A stretch of 64,000 nucleotides of DNA from an uncultured Acidimicrobiia bacterium (GTDB lineage Bacteria > Acidobacteriota > Vicinamibacteria > Vicinamibacterales > SCN-69-37): positions 98,862 through 162,861 of the forward strand of contig CBINOO010000002.1 in NCBI GenBank assembly GCA_966252305.1. Reading direction: 5' to 3'. The translations under genes and the position numbers were made by a program. Of the stretch, positions 21,223 to 30,735 are shown piece after piece. The notes below the pieces were generated by a model, which saw only the letters and a list, made by a program, of their open reading frames with translations, was not told the origin of the DNA and ran no database searches. Each line of letters begins with the position of its first letter. Position 1 is the stretch's first letter.

Positions 21223-21933
21223 ATGTCCATTACCAAGATCCTCGTACCGGTTGATTTCAGCGAAGCGTCGTCGGTCGCCATTCGCGTGGCCGACCGTCTT
21301 GCGCGCGGATGCGGCGCACACCTCACGTTGCTTCACGCCGAGGCCTTCGAGGCGCCGGTGTACTTCACCCGCGATCAGGTGTCCGGTCTCGCGGCCGAGA
21401 GGCGAAGCCGTCAGGAACAGGCTGAGCGGTACCTCATCACGTTTGGCCGACGATTCACCGATACCGACTTCGCCGTTCGCGTCGTGATGCAGCCGGCCTT
21501 TGACGCCATTGTCGAGGCTGCTGCGGGCGTGGACCTCCTCGTCCTCGGCACGCACGCGCGCACGAGGCCGCGTCGATGGTGGCTCGGGTCGGTGGCCGAG
21601 CGGGTGCTTCGCGAGCTGACGTCGCCCGTGCTTGTCGTGCATGGCGCCGATGCCGGAGCTGCGTCCCTCGATCGCATCGCCGTTCACGCTCCGCCGGGAC
21701 TTGAGGGCAAAAACGCCATGGCACTGGCTTCCCGCCTCGGCGTCGCGCTGATGGCTCCGGTCCATGACCGTCGAGCCACGGGCGCTCCGGTTGGACGCTG
21801 GTTTGACGATGTGTCGCTGGTGGTGGTGGCAGAACCGGAACCCCATGACCGTGCGTGGCGAACGTCGGTGGGCGAACCACTGATCCGCGTCGGCAAGGGC
21901 CCTGTGTTGTTTGTGCCTGAGGAGGCGAAATGA
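21223..21933 (+). CDS. Universal stress protein (one full and one degenerate USP domain)
   Basis: Motifs KILVPVDFSEAS, DLLVLGTH and LGSVAERVLR...PVLVV, with a second PVLFVP at the C-terminus. Confidence 0.88.
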   Translation: MSITKILVPVDFSEASSVAIRVADRLARGCGAHLTLLHAEAFEAPVYFTRDQVSGLAAERRSRQEQAERYLITFGRRFTDTDFAVRVVMQPAFDAIVEAAAGVDLLVLGTHARTRPRRWWLGSVAERVLRELTSPVLVVHGADAGAASLDRIAVHAPPGLEGKNAMALASRLGVALMAPVHDRRATGAPVGRWFDDVSLVVVAEPEPHDRAWRTSVGEPLIRVGKGPVLFVPEEAK

Positions 21934-22118
21934 AGCTTGAAGCGATGTTGCGACTGATTGCCGGGACATTTGTCATGGCCAGCGTGCTGCTGGGCATGTA
22001 CGTGGACCAGCGATTCCTGTGGTTCACGCTGTTTGTGGGCGCGAACCTGTTCCAGTCGGCCCTGACCGGCTGGTGCCCGATGATCACGTTTCTGAAGAAG
22101 GCCGGCGTCCGGCCCTGA
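21930..22118 (+). CDS. DUF2892 / YgaP-like small membrane protein
   Basis: R.IAG.FV..S, then FVGANLFQSALTGWCPM...L.K.G. Confidence 0.85.
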   Translation: MKLEAMLRLIAGTFVMASVLLGMYVDQRFLWFTLFVGANLFQSALTGWCPMITFLKKAGVRP

Positions 22119-22156
22119 CCGTCCGTTTGCAGAGCCCAGTTCGGTAGACTGGAGGG

Positions 22157-23317
22157 ATGAAGCCCGCCGCAGAGCTCCGGTATGCCCGACAGGTGCGCCT
22201 GCCCGAGTTTGGCGAGGAAGGGCAACGCCGGCTTGCCGAGGCGCGGGTGCTGCTGGTTGGGCTTGGTGGCCTGGGTTCGCCGGCCGCCCTGTACCTGGCC
22301 GCTGCCGGCGTCGGGACGTTGGGGTTGGTCGACTACGACCTGGTCGATGCGACGAACCTTCATCGGCAGATCATCCACGGCACGCCGGACATCGGACGCC
22401 CGAAGTTGGCGTCGGCAGCCGAACGACTGCGCGCCATCAATCCGGACGTACACCTCGAACTTCACGACGAAGCCTTTGACGCGTCGAACGCCAGGCGCCT
22501 GGTCGAGGCCTACGACATCGTCGTTGACGGCACGGATAACTTCCCGACGCGGTACCTGGTGAACGACGCGTGTGTGATGACGCGCACGCCGAACGTGTAC
22601 GGGAGCATCTTCAGGTTCGAAGGGCAGGCGTCGGTGTTTGCGACCGAAGGCGGCCCGTGTTATCGCTGTCTGCATCCTGAACCGCCGCCGCCCGGGTTGA
22701 TTCCCAATTGCGCCGAGGCCGGCGTGTTGGGCGTGCTGCCGGGCATCATTGGCACCATTCAGGCCACGGAAGCCATCAAGGTCATCACCGGCATCGGCGA
22801 GACCCTGATTGGACGGCTGTTGTTGTACGACGCCCTGCGCATGAAGGTGCGCGACATCACGTTACCCCGCGATCCGGATTGCCCGGTGTGTGGTGACGCG
22901 CCCACAATCCGCGAACTGGTGGCGTACGATCAGGTGTGTGAAACCCCCGCAGACAGCCGTGGGGCGGCGGACGATCGTAGGGCGGGGCTTCAGCCCCGCC
23001 GAGACATGGGAGTTCCGATGAAGGAAGAGATGACGGTCAATGAGCTGAAGCAGTGGCGCGATGACGGCACGCCGCACATGCTGGTGGACGTGCGTGAGCC
23101 GTTTGAACATGCCTCGGCGAACATCGAGGGAGCCGTGCTGATTCCCATGGGCGAGATTCTCGGACGGCTCGATCAACTCCCGAAGGACCGTCCCATCGTC
23201 GTGCAGTGTCAGTCGGGTGGACGCAGCGCGCGGGTGACCGCGGCGCTTCGGGCCAAGGGGTTTGACGCCAGCAATCTCGCGGGCGGCATCATTGCGTGGA
23301 AGCGAGCTGGGTACTGA
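22157..23317 (+). CDS. moeB: MoeB/MoeZ-type adenylyltransferase with a C-terminal rhodanese domain
   Basis: Motifs RYARQ, GLGGLG, TNLHRQ, DGTDNF, PCYRC, NCAEAGVLG and CPVC. Rhodanese motifs DVRE and CQSGGRS. Confidence 0.92.
   Translation: MKPAAELRYARQVRLPEFGEEGQRRLAEARVLLVGLGGLGSPAALYLAAAGVGTLGLVDYDLVDATNLHRQIIHGTPDIGRPKLASAAERLRAINPDVHLELHDEAFDASNARRLVEAYDIVVDGTDNFPTRYLVNDACVMTRTPNVYGSIFRFEGQASVFATEGGPCYRCLHPEPPPPGLIPNCAEAGVLGVLPGIIGTIQATEAIKVITGIGETLIGRLLLYDALRMKVRDITLPRDPDCPVCGDAPTIRELVAYDQVCETPADSRGAADDRRAGLQPRRDMGVPMKEEMTVNELKQWRDDGTPHMLVDVREPFEHASANIEGAVLIPMGEILGRLDQLPKDRPIVVQCQSGGRSARVTAALRAKGFDASNLAGGIIAWKRAGY
22977..23000 (+). repeat. REP palindrome inside the moeB interdomain linker
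   Basis: gtag-ggcggggc-ttca-gccccgcc, the same family as 21157 and 27256. Confidence 0.85.
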
Positions 23318-23318
23318 C

Positions 23319-24797
23319 GTGGCTGAGTTTTCGCAGGACGAAGATTTCGCGGCGCTGTTCGAGGCGTCCGTCAAGACGAAGAAATACGAGCGCGGCCAGA
23401 CGATCAGCGGGCTCATCGTCGCCATCGGTCCGGAGGTGGCGTTTGTTGATGTTGGCGGGAAAGGCGAAGCCTCCATCAGCGTCGAGGAACTCAAGGACGA
23501 AGACGGCGACATCGAAGTCAATGTCGGCGATCGCATCAATGCGGTTGTGGTGTCGACGCAAGGCGGCTTGACCCTCTCGCGGAAGATGGCGCTTGGCGCT
23601 GCATCGGTCGGCCAGCTCGAAGAGGCGTACCGCGCGGGACTTCCCGTGGACGGCAAAGTCACCGGCGTGATCAAGGGCGGGTACGAGGTCAGCATCGCGC
23701 GGCAGCGCGCGTTCTGTCCGTTCTCGCAAATCGATACGGTTCGCCACGCTGATGAATCCGTGCACGTGGGGCGTGTGTACGCGTTTCGCATCATGGAGTT
23801 CAAGGAAGGCGGCCGCAACATCCTGGTGTCACGCCGCGCATTGCTTGAAGCGGAGCAGGCGGTCAAGGCCGAAGAGGTCCGCAAGGCCGTCGCTGTTGAT
23901 GCCGTCATGAAGGGGCGCGTGGTGTCGGTGCGTGACTTCGGCGCGTTCGTCGATCTTGGCGCCGGCGTGCAGGGCCTGCTCCACGTGTCGGAAATGGGGT
24001 GGACACGCGTGGCCAACGCCGCGGAAGTGGTCGCGCCAGGCGACGAAGTCACCGTCAAGGTGCTGCGTGTGGACGCCGGCACCGGGCAGATCGCGCTCGG
24101 CATGAAACAGCTGCTGGCCGATCCCTGGTCCACTGTCCCGGCCACGTATGCCGTTGGGCAGGTACACCAGGGACGGGTGACTCGGACGTCTGACTTCGGC
24201 GTGTTCGTCGAGTTGGCGCCGGGGATCGAAGGATTGGCGCATGTGTCGACGTTTGCTCCGACGGGGCGTCCCGGCGGCTGGAAGGCCTCAGTGCCCGTGG
24301 GAACCACCGCCGCGTTCGAGATTCTGAGCATTGAACTCGACAAGAAGCGCATCGGACTCGCGAAGGTTGAGGAAGGTACGTCGCGAGCGACTGCAGCGGC
24401 CGAGTCCGCATCGCAGGCTGTCGCCGCCGCGCCGGCGGCAGCTGCACGCGGCGCCATCGTGCCGGGTGCGCGCCTCACGGGCAAGATTGACCGCCATGAG
24501 TCGTTCGGGGTGTTCGTGTTCCTGGCCCCGGGCATCGTTGGTCTCATGCCGGTCAGTGAGACCGGCACCGAGCGAGGTGTCGACCTGAAGAAGGCGTTTC
24601 CAGTGGGCTCCGATCTTGAAGTGATCGTGCTGGAAGCTGATCCGAAGGGACGTCGGATTCGCGTCAGCCGCAAGGCCGTCTTCGCCGCCGACGAGGCCGC
24701 TGAGGTGCGCGCGTACGCTGAGCGAGAGGACGCCGCGCAGTCCCAATCGTTCAAAGGCTCACTGGCCGACCAGCTTCGGAACGCCCTGAAACGATGA
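23319..24797 (+). CDS. Ribosomal protein S1-like protein with about five S1 domains
   Basis: EDFAALFE N-terminus. Repeated FG(A/V)FV.L..G..GL.(H/P)VS motifs and a SLADQL C-terminus. GTG start at 23319 is inferred. Confidence 0.85.
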   Translation: MAEFSQDEDFAALFEASVKTKKYERGQTISGLIVAIGPEVAFVDVGGKGEASISVEELKDEDGDIEVNVGDRINAVVVSTQGGLTLSRKMALGAASVGQLEEAYRAGLPVDGKVTGVIKGGYEVSIARQRAFCPFSQIDTVRHADESVHVGRVYAFRIMEFKEGGRNILVSRRALLEAEQAVKAEEVRKAVAVDAVMKGRVVSVRDFGAFVDLGAGVQGLLHVSEMGWTRVANAAEVVAPGDEVTVKVLRVDAGTGQIALGMKQLLADPWSTVPATYAVGQVHQGRVTRTSDFGVFVELAPGIEGLAHVSTFAPTGRPGGWKASVPVGTTAAFEILSIELDKKRIGLAKVEEGTSRATAAAESASQAVAAAPAAAARGAIVPGARLTGKIDRHESFGVFVFLAPGIVGLMPVSETGTERGVDLKKAFPVGSDLEVIVLEADPKGRRIRVSRKAVFAADEAAEVRAYAEREDAAQSQSFKGSLADQLRNALKR

Positions 24798-26317
24798 CGC
24801 GACACGACTCGTCAGGCATGGATCTGACGCAGGCCGACCTCGAATACCTGGCTGCGGTCGGCATCGATGCCGAGGAGGCGCAGCGTCAATTGGAGACGTT
24901 GAGACGGCCGCACACAGCCGTGCGGCTTGTCCGTCCGTGCACCATTGGTGACGGGATTGAGCGCCTCTCCACAGAGCAGGTCGAGGTGTTTGCCGCCGCG
25001 GGCGAGGCCGCAGCGCGGGCAGGCCGCGTCAGCAAGTTTGTGCCCGCGTCTGGCGCGGCCACGCGGATGTTCAAGGATTTGATTGCGGCGCTGCAAGGCA
25101 CCGATCGGCCATCGGCAAACCCCGCTGCCCGGGAATTCCTGACGAGGCTGGGCGAGTTTCCGTTTGCAGCCGAGGTGCGGGAGCGGTCCGGCATCAACGG
25201 CCTGCCGGACTCCGAGGAAGCGGAACGCACACTCCTGCACACCGTGCTCTTTGCCATGCGGTTCGCCGAGCTGCCAAAGGCGCTGATTCCCTTTCATCAT
25301 GGCGACCGGCCACGAACCGCCTTCGAAGAACAGCTCCTCGAGGCGGCGCGGTACGTGCGCGACGCGCGAGGCAACTGCCGGGTGCACTTCACCGTGCCCG
25401 GTGACAGCCAGGCGCATTTTGAGGATGTGCTCGCGGCACTGCTCGATGTGCTGAGCGATCGCAACGATGCCGTGACCTACGACGTGTCGCTCTCGGTGCA
25501 GTCGCCGTCCACGGATACGCTGGCGACCAACGAACAGGGCGCACCCTTCCGCAATGACGATGGCACGTTGTTGCTGCGTCCGGCAGGCCACGGCGCGTTG
25601 ATTCGCAACCTCGAACAGATCGGCGGCGATATCGTTGTGGTCAAGAACATCGACAACGTCGTGCCTGATGAGTCAAGCGACGAGGTGGTCCGATGGAAGC
25701 GCGCGCTGATCGGGTTTCTGGCAGTGCTGCAGGCGCGGGTGTTTGCGCACGTCGCGGCGCTGTCGAACCCCGCGTGTTCAGTTGGCGACATCGACTCGGC
25801 CGTGGCCTTTGTGTCTGCCCGATTCGGGAAGGGCATTGACGACGGTGATCGCGAACAGCGCAGGTTGGCCGCGCTCGACGCCCTCGACCGCCCACTGCGC
25901 GTCTGCGGATTCGTGCGCAACGAAGGTGAACCCGGGGGCGCGCCGTTCTGGGTGGCCGACGATGAAGGACGGGAGAGCGTCCAGATCGTCGAGTCCGCTC
26001 AGGTCAACCTGAAGGACCCTTCGCAGTCGAACATCTTCCAGCAGTCGACACACTTCAACCCGGTCGACCTCGTGTGTGGTCTGCGTCGCTCGGACGGAAC
26101 ACCGTTCGAACTCGGCCGCTTCGTTGATCCCGATGCGGCGTTTGTGACGGAAAAGACGGCGTTCGGGCGCCGGCTTGTGGCACTTGAACGACCAGGTCTC
26201 TGGAACGGCGGGATGGCTGGCTGGAACACGGTCGGCGTTGAGGTACCAGCAGAGACATTTGCGCCGGTCAAGACCGTGCTGGACCTGCTGCGACCGGCGC
26301 ACCAGCCCTCTAAGTAA
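24794..26317 (+). CDS. DUF4301 family protein
   Basis: Motifs KFVPASGAATRMFKDL, RPAGHGALI.NL, KNIDNV, GEPGG.PFWV, THFNPVDLVC and PGLWNG.MA.WNT. Confidence 0.85.
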   Translation: MTRHDSSGMDLTQADLEYLAAVGIDAEEAQRQLETLRRPHTAVRLVRPCTIGDGIERLSTEQVEVFAAAGEAAARAGRVSKFVPASGAATRMFKDLIAALQGTDRPSANPAAREFLTRLGEFPFAAEVRERSGINGLPDSEEAERTLLHTVLFAMRFAELPKALIPFHHGDRPRTAFEEQLLEAARYVRDARGNCRVHFTVPGDSQAHFEDVLAALLDVLSDRNDAVTYDVSLSVQSPSTDTLATNEQGAPFRNDDGTLLLRPAGHGALIRNLEQIGGDIVVVKNIDNVVPDESSDEVVRWKRALIGFLAVLQARVFAHVAALSNPACSVGDIDSAVAFVSARFGKGIDDGDREQRRLAALDALDRPLRVCGFVRNEGEPGGAPFWVADDEGRESVQIVESAQVNLKDPSQSNIFQQSTHFNPVDLVCGLRRSDGTPFELGRFVDPDAAFVTEKTAFGRRLVALERPGLWNGGMAGWNTVGVEVPAETFAPVKTVLDLLRPAHQPSK

Positions 26318-26353
26318 GACCTGTCTCATCAAGCACTTAGCGGCGGCCAGGGG

Positions 26354-26403
26354 TTGCCCGACCGCAGGTCGTACCTGTAAGATGGACTCGTTCGGTCGGA
26401 TTA
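26354..26403 (+). promoter_or_regulatory. Putative sigma70 promoter with an overlapping Rrf2/IscR-like operator for the suf operon
   Basis: TTGCCC-N18-TAAGAT at 26354-26383, and a GAC-N7-GTC core at 26385-26397 as in IscR type-1 sites. Confidence 0.55.
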
Positions 26404-26425
26404 CCGAAACCCCCCGAGGCGAGTG

Positions 26426-26899
26426 ATGTTACGGCTCTCAAAAAAGACTGATTACGCCCTGCTGGCCATGCGACATCTGGCTGCCAACGCTGACCGCGGT
26501 GCAGTCTCGGCTCGTGAGCTGGCCGAAACCTACGACATCCCCGCGGAGCTTCTGGCGAAGGTCTTGCAGAAGCTGGTGCGGGGCAAGTTGCTTGAATCCC
26601 ACCAGGGCATTCGTGGCGGCTACGCGCTGGCCCGGCCGGCCGCGACCATGTCGGTGGCCGATGTGATTCAGGCCGTGGACGGCCCCCTGATGGTCACCGC
26701 GTGTTCCGAGGATGACCACACGTGCGAGCAGTTCGCAAAGTGCAACATCCGCGACCCTCTGTGGCGCATCAAGGACCGCATCGTCGCCACGCTGGCGGCA
26801 ACGACGGTTGCGGAGATGGCGATGGAAATGGCTGCACCGGTGCCTCCTCCCGCTGGTTCGGGTGACGTGCAGCCGCTGCCGATTGTGAGGCGCTCATGA
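26426..26899 (+). CDS. Rrf2-family Fe-S cluster assembly regulator (IscR/SufR-like)
   Basis: Motifs LSKKTDYAL and G.RGGY.LAR, with three cysteines in CSEDDHTCEQFAKC. It heads the suf operon. Confidence 0.9.
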   Translation: MLRLSKKTDYALLAMRHLAANADRGAVSARELAETYDIPAELLAKVLQKLVRGKLLESHQGIRGGYALARPAATMSVADVIQAVDGPLMVTACSEDDHTCEQFAKCNIRDPLWRIKDRIVATLAATTVAEMAMEMAAPVPPPAGSGDVQPLPIVRRS

Positions 26900-27219
26900 T
26901 TGCCGTGACGACGACCGCCGCAACGCAGATGCAGAAGCTTCTGGCCGCTCGAGAAGGCGCAACCGGACTCCGTGTTGGCGTGAAGGCCGGCGGTTGCTCC
27001 GGCTTCGAGTACGTCTTCGAGTGGGAACCGGCGCCGAAGGAGTCGGATCTGGTGTTTGAAGGTCCCGATGGCGTGAAGGTGTGGGTGGATCCCCGCAGCC
27101 ATCGACTGCTGGACGGCACGACGCTCGACTACGACACGAATCTCGTGAGCAGAGGCTTTGTGTTCCAGAATCCGCACGCGAAACAGACGTGCGGCTGCGG
27201 CACGTCATTTTCTGTGTGA
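26896..27219 (+). CDS. sufA: A-type Fe-S carrier (IscA/SufA/HesB)
   Basis: Motifs GGCSGFEY and NP.A..TCGCG.SF. Confidence 0.9.
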   Translation: MIAVTTTAATQMQKLLAAREGATGLRVGVKAGGCSGFEYVFEWEPAPKESDLVFEGPDGVKVWVDPRSHRLLDGTTLDYDTNLVSRGFVFQNPHAKQTCGCGTSFSV

Positions 27220-27222
27220 GAC

Positions 27223-27279
27223 GGCAGGCCTGAAGGCCTGCCCCACAGGTTCAACGTAGGGCGGGCCTTCAGGCCCGCC
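27223..27279. repeat. Inverted REP doublet (27223-27246 minus, 27256-27279 plus)
   Basis: ggcaggcctgaaggcctgccccac ... gtagggcgggccttcaggcccgcc. Confidence 0.88.
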
Positions 27280-27292
27280 ATTGAGAAGGTTT

Positions 27293-28735
27293 ATGGCAAC
27301 GTCTGAAGAAACCATCGAACAACTCGCGACGCGCGAGTACAAGTACGGGTTCGAGACCATTCTCGAGACCGACACGTTCCCTCCGGGGCTCAACGAGGAC
27401 GTGGTGCGCGCCTTGTCGGCGAAGAAGGAAGAACCCGAGTGGCTGCTCGAGTTCCGCCTCAAGTCGTATCGCGCCTGGACGCAGATGACCGAGCCGACCT
27501 GGCACAACCTCCAGATCCAGCCGATCGACTACCAGGCTCTCAGCTACTATTCGGCGCCCAAGCCGAAGAAGCAGTTGTCGAGCCTCGATGAAGTGGATCC
27601 GGAAGTGCTGAAGACGTTCGAGAAGCTCGGCATCCCGCTCGAGGAGCAGAAGCTGCTCGCCAACGTGGCCGTCGACGCGGTGTTCGACTCGGTCTCGGTT
27701 GCCACGACGTTCCGCGAGAAACTCGCTGAGCTCGGCATCATCTTCTGTTCCTTCTCGGAAGCGGTGAAGGACCACCCCGAGCTGGTCAAGCAGTACATCG
27801 GGTCGGTGGTGCCGTACACGGACAACTTCTACGCCACGCTCAACTCGGCGGTCTTCAGTGACGGGTCGTTCGTGTACATCCCGAAGGGTGTGCGCTGCCC
27901 GATGGAACTGTCCACCTACTTCCGCATCAACGCGAAGAACACCGGCCAGTTCGAGCGCACGTTGATCATTGCCGACGAGGGCTCCCAAGTGAGCTACCTC
28001 GAAGGGTGCACGGCGCCGATGCGCGATGAGCATCAGCTCCACGCGGCCGTCGTCGAGCTGGTCGCGCTCGACAAGTCGACGATCAAGTACTCGACGATTC
28101 AGAACTGGTATCCCGGCGACAAGGACGGCAAGGGCGGCATCTACAACTTTGTCACCAAGCGAGGCAAGGCGCTGACCGACGCAAAGATCACGTGGACGCA
28201 GGTCGAAACCGGTTCGGCGATTACGTGGAAGTACCCCAGCTGCATCCTGCAGGGTGACAACTCGGTCGGCGAGTTCTACTCGGTGGCGACGACGAACAAT
28301 CGCCAGCAGGCCGATACCGGTACGAAGATGATCCACCTGGGGAAGAACACCCGGAGCACGATCGTGTCGAAGGGCATCTCGGCCGGGTTCGGGCAGAACA
28401 CGTATCGCGGTGCGGTGAAGATCGGCAAAAACGCCCATGGCGCCCGCAACTACTCGCAGTGTGACTCGTTACTCATCGGCGACAAGTGCGGCGCGCATAC
28501 GTTCCCGTACCTCGAAATCAAGAACACGACGGCGATGGTCGAGCACGAGGCCTCGACCTCGAAGATCGGTGAAGACCAGATCTTCTACTGCCGTCAGCGC
28601 GGCATTCCCACCGAGGACGCCGTGAACATGATCGTGAGCGGCTTCTGCAAGGACGTGTTCCGCGAACTGCCCATGGAATTCGCGGTGGAAGCCCAGAAAC
28701 TCCTGTCAATCAGCCTGGAAGGAAGCGTCGGTTAA
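27293..28735 (+). CDS. sufB: Fe-S cluster assembly protein SufB
   Basis: Motifs [39 protein letters not shown] and [10 protein letters not shown]. Confidence 0.97.
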   Translation: MATSEETIEQLATREYKYGFETILETDTFPPGLNEDVVRALSAKKEEPEWLLEFRLKSYRAWTQMTEPTWHNLQIQPIDYQALSYYSAPKPKKQLSSLDEVDPEVLKTFEKLGIPLEEQKLLANVAVDAVFDSVSVATTFREKLAELGIIFCSFSEAVKDHPELVKQYIGSVVPYTDNFYATLNSAVFSDGSFVYIPKGVRCPMELSTYFRINAKNTGQFERTLIIADEGSQVSYLEGCTAPMRDEHQLHAAVVELVALDKSTIKYSTIQNWYPGDKDGKGGIYNFVTKRGKALTDAKITWTQVETGSAITWKYPSCILQGDNSVGEFYSVATTNNRQQADTGTKMIHLGKNTRSTIVSKGISAGFGQNTYRGAVKIGKNAHGARNYSQCDSLLIGDKCGAHTFPYLEIKNTTAMVEHEASTSKIGEDQIFYCRQRGIPTEDAVNMIVSGFCKDVFRELPMEFAVEAQKLLSISLEGSVG

Positions 28736-28738
28736 GTC

Positions 28739-29500
28739 ATGTTGCTCGAGATCAAGGATCTGAAGGTCAAGGCCGAAGAGAAGGACATTCTCAAGGGCCT
28801 CACGCTGTCGGTGAACCCCGGCGAAGTGCACGCCATCATGGGCCCCAACGGGTCCGGCAAAAGCACGCTCGCCCGCATCCTCTCCGGTCATCCCGGCTAT
28901 GAGGCCACCGGCGGCTCTGTTACCTACGACGGCAAGGACCTGCTCGACATGGATCCCGAAGAGCGCGCCTGCGAAGGCGTGTTCATGGCGTTCCAGTACC
29001 CGGTCGAAATCCCCGGCGTGAACAACCAGTACTTCCTGAAGGCGGCCGTGAACGCCCAGCGCAAGTACAAAGGGCAGCCGGAACTGGATGCCATCGAGTT
29101 CATTCAGCTCATCAAGGAGAAGGCCAAGCTCCTCGAGATGGATCAGTCGATGCTCAATCGCGCGGTCAACGAGGGATTCTCGGGCGGTGAAAAAAAGCGG
29201 AACGAGATCTTCCAGATGGCGGTGCTTGAGCCGCGTCTCGCAATCCTGGATGAAACCGACTCCGGCCTGGACATCGATGCCCTCCGCATCGTGGCCAACG
29301 GCGTCAACGCTCTGCGCAGCCCCGAGCGCGCAATGGTGGTGGTGACCCACTACCAGCGTCTGCTCGACTACATCGTGCCGGACTTCGTGCACGTGCTCAG
29401 CGGTGGACGCATCGTGCGTTCGGGCGGCAAGGAGCTGGCGCTGGAACTGGAAGAAAAGGGTTACGGCTGGATCGACTCGGCCGTGGGAGCGCGGGCGTAG
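28739..29500 (+). CDS. sufC: Fe-S cluster assembly ATPase SufC
   Basis: Motifs GPNGSGKST, FQYPVEIPGV, GFSGGEKKRNE and LDETDSGLDID. Confidence 0.97.
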   Translation: MLLEIKDLKVKAEEKDILKGLTLSVNPGEVHAIMGPNGSGKSTLARILSGHPGYEATGGSVTYDGKDLLDMDPEERACEGVFMAFQYPVEIPGVNNQYFLKAAVNAQRKYKGQPELDAIEFIQLIKEKAKLLEMDQSMLNRAVNEGFSGGEKKRNEIFQMAVLEPRLAILDETDSGLDIDALRIVANGVNALRSPERAMVVVTHYQRLLDYIVPDFVHVLSGGRIVRSGGKELALELEEKGYGWIDSAVGARA

Positions 29501-29502
29501 TC

Positions 29503-30735
29503 ATGGCACAGGTGGCTGAGCGGCTCGGCACATTTGCCGCTGACTTCGAGGCGTTCCGCACCTCGCCCGCCTTCGGGCCTGAGTGGTTGCGCACGGCACG
29601 GTCGGCGGCGTTTGCGCGCTTTCTCGAACTGGGTTTTCCGACCACCCGCGATGAGGAATGGAAGTTCACCCCGGTGACGCCGATTGCCGGCACCGAGTGG
29701 CGACGCGACAGCGGCCGCCTCTCGATGAGCGTGACCATTGGTGGCACCAAGGCCGCCGCGTTGCCCGAGGGGCTGACGATGGTGTCGCTGGCAGAGGCGC
29801 TCAAGACACAACCGGCACTCGAGGGGCCTGCCCTGCAGAGCTCCCACCCGTTCGTATCGCTCAACACGGCGTTCTTCGAGGACGGCCTGTTCATCCACGT
29901 CGCGCCGAAGGCGGTGATCGAAGAACCGATCGAGGTGACGTTTACCGCGTCAGGCGGCGTCGACCCGGTCATGGTCACGCCGCGGACCTTCGTGATTGTG
30001 GGCGAGCAGGCGCAGGTCTCGCTCATCGAGCGTTACCGCAGTGAGGATGTCAACGTGTTCACGAACGCGGTGACCGAGGTCCTGCTGGGCCCGGGCGCCG
30101 TGGTTGACCACGTGAAGGTGCAGCAGGAAGGGGCGACGGTGTTCCACCTGGCCAGCACGTTTGTGCACCTGCACCGCGCGAGCACATTTACGTCACAGGC
30201 GATCACGTTCGGCGGACGCATCGCGCGTAACGACATTTCTGCCACGCTGGCGGGTGAGGGCGCGGAAGCGACGCTCAACGGTCTGTATGTGGCAGACGGT
30301 GACACGCTCGTGGATACACACACGACGATTGATCACGCCCAGCCGCATTGCCCAAGCCACGAGGTCTACAAAGGCATCCTTGCCGGGGCCAGCAAGGCCG
30401 TCTTCAACGGCAAAATCATCGTCCGGCCGGATGCGCAGAAGACCGACGCAAAGCAGACCAACAAGGCGCTGCTGCTCTCGGGTGATGCGACGATCAACAC
30501 CAAGCCGCAGCTCGAGATCTTTGCGGATGACGTGAAGTGCACGCACGGGGCGGCGATTGGACAGCTGGACGAAGACCAGATGTTCTACCTGCGCGCGCGC
30601 GGCATTTCGGCCATTGATGCGCGGAACATTCTGATTCACGCCTTTGCCAGCGACGTCCTGAACCACATCCGGCACGAGGCCCTTCGGGAGGAACTCGAAG
30701 TGGCGCTGGTCGAGAAACTGCATCTGCCTGCATGA
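29503..30735 (+). CDS. sufD: Fe-S cluster assembly protein SufD
   Basis: Motifs PT.RDEEWKFT, AQKTDAKQ and KPQLEIFADDVKCTHGA. Confidence 0.95.
   Translation: MAQVAERLGTFAADFEAFRTSPAFGPEWLRTARSAAFARFLELGFPTTRDEEWKFTPVTPIAGTEWRRDSGRLSMSVTIGGTKAAALPEGLTMVSLAEALKTQPALEGPALQSSHPFVSLNTAFFEDGLFIHVAPKAVIEEPIEVTFTASGGVDPVMVTPRTFVIVGEQAQVSLIERYRSEDVNVFTNAVTEVLLGPGAVVDHVKVQQEGATVFHLASTFVHLHRASTFTSQAITFGGRIARNDISATLAGEGAEATLNGLYVADGDTLVDTHTTIDHAQPHCPSHEVYKGILAGASKAVFNGKIIVRPDAQKTDAKQTNKALLLSGDATINTKPQLEIFADDVKCTHGAAIGQLDEDQMFYLRARGISAIDARNILIHAFASDVLNHIRHEALREELEVALVEKLHLPA

Noticed and set aside
22862..24805. 647-aa minus-strand ORF (likewise 30636-32282, 27269-28438 and 53550-55046)
   Set aside because: These are antisense shadows of well-supported plus-strand genes, with Ser/Arg/Ala-rich non-protein-like composition.
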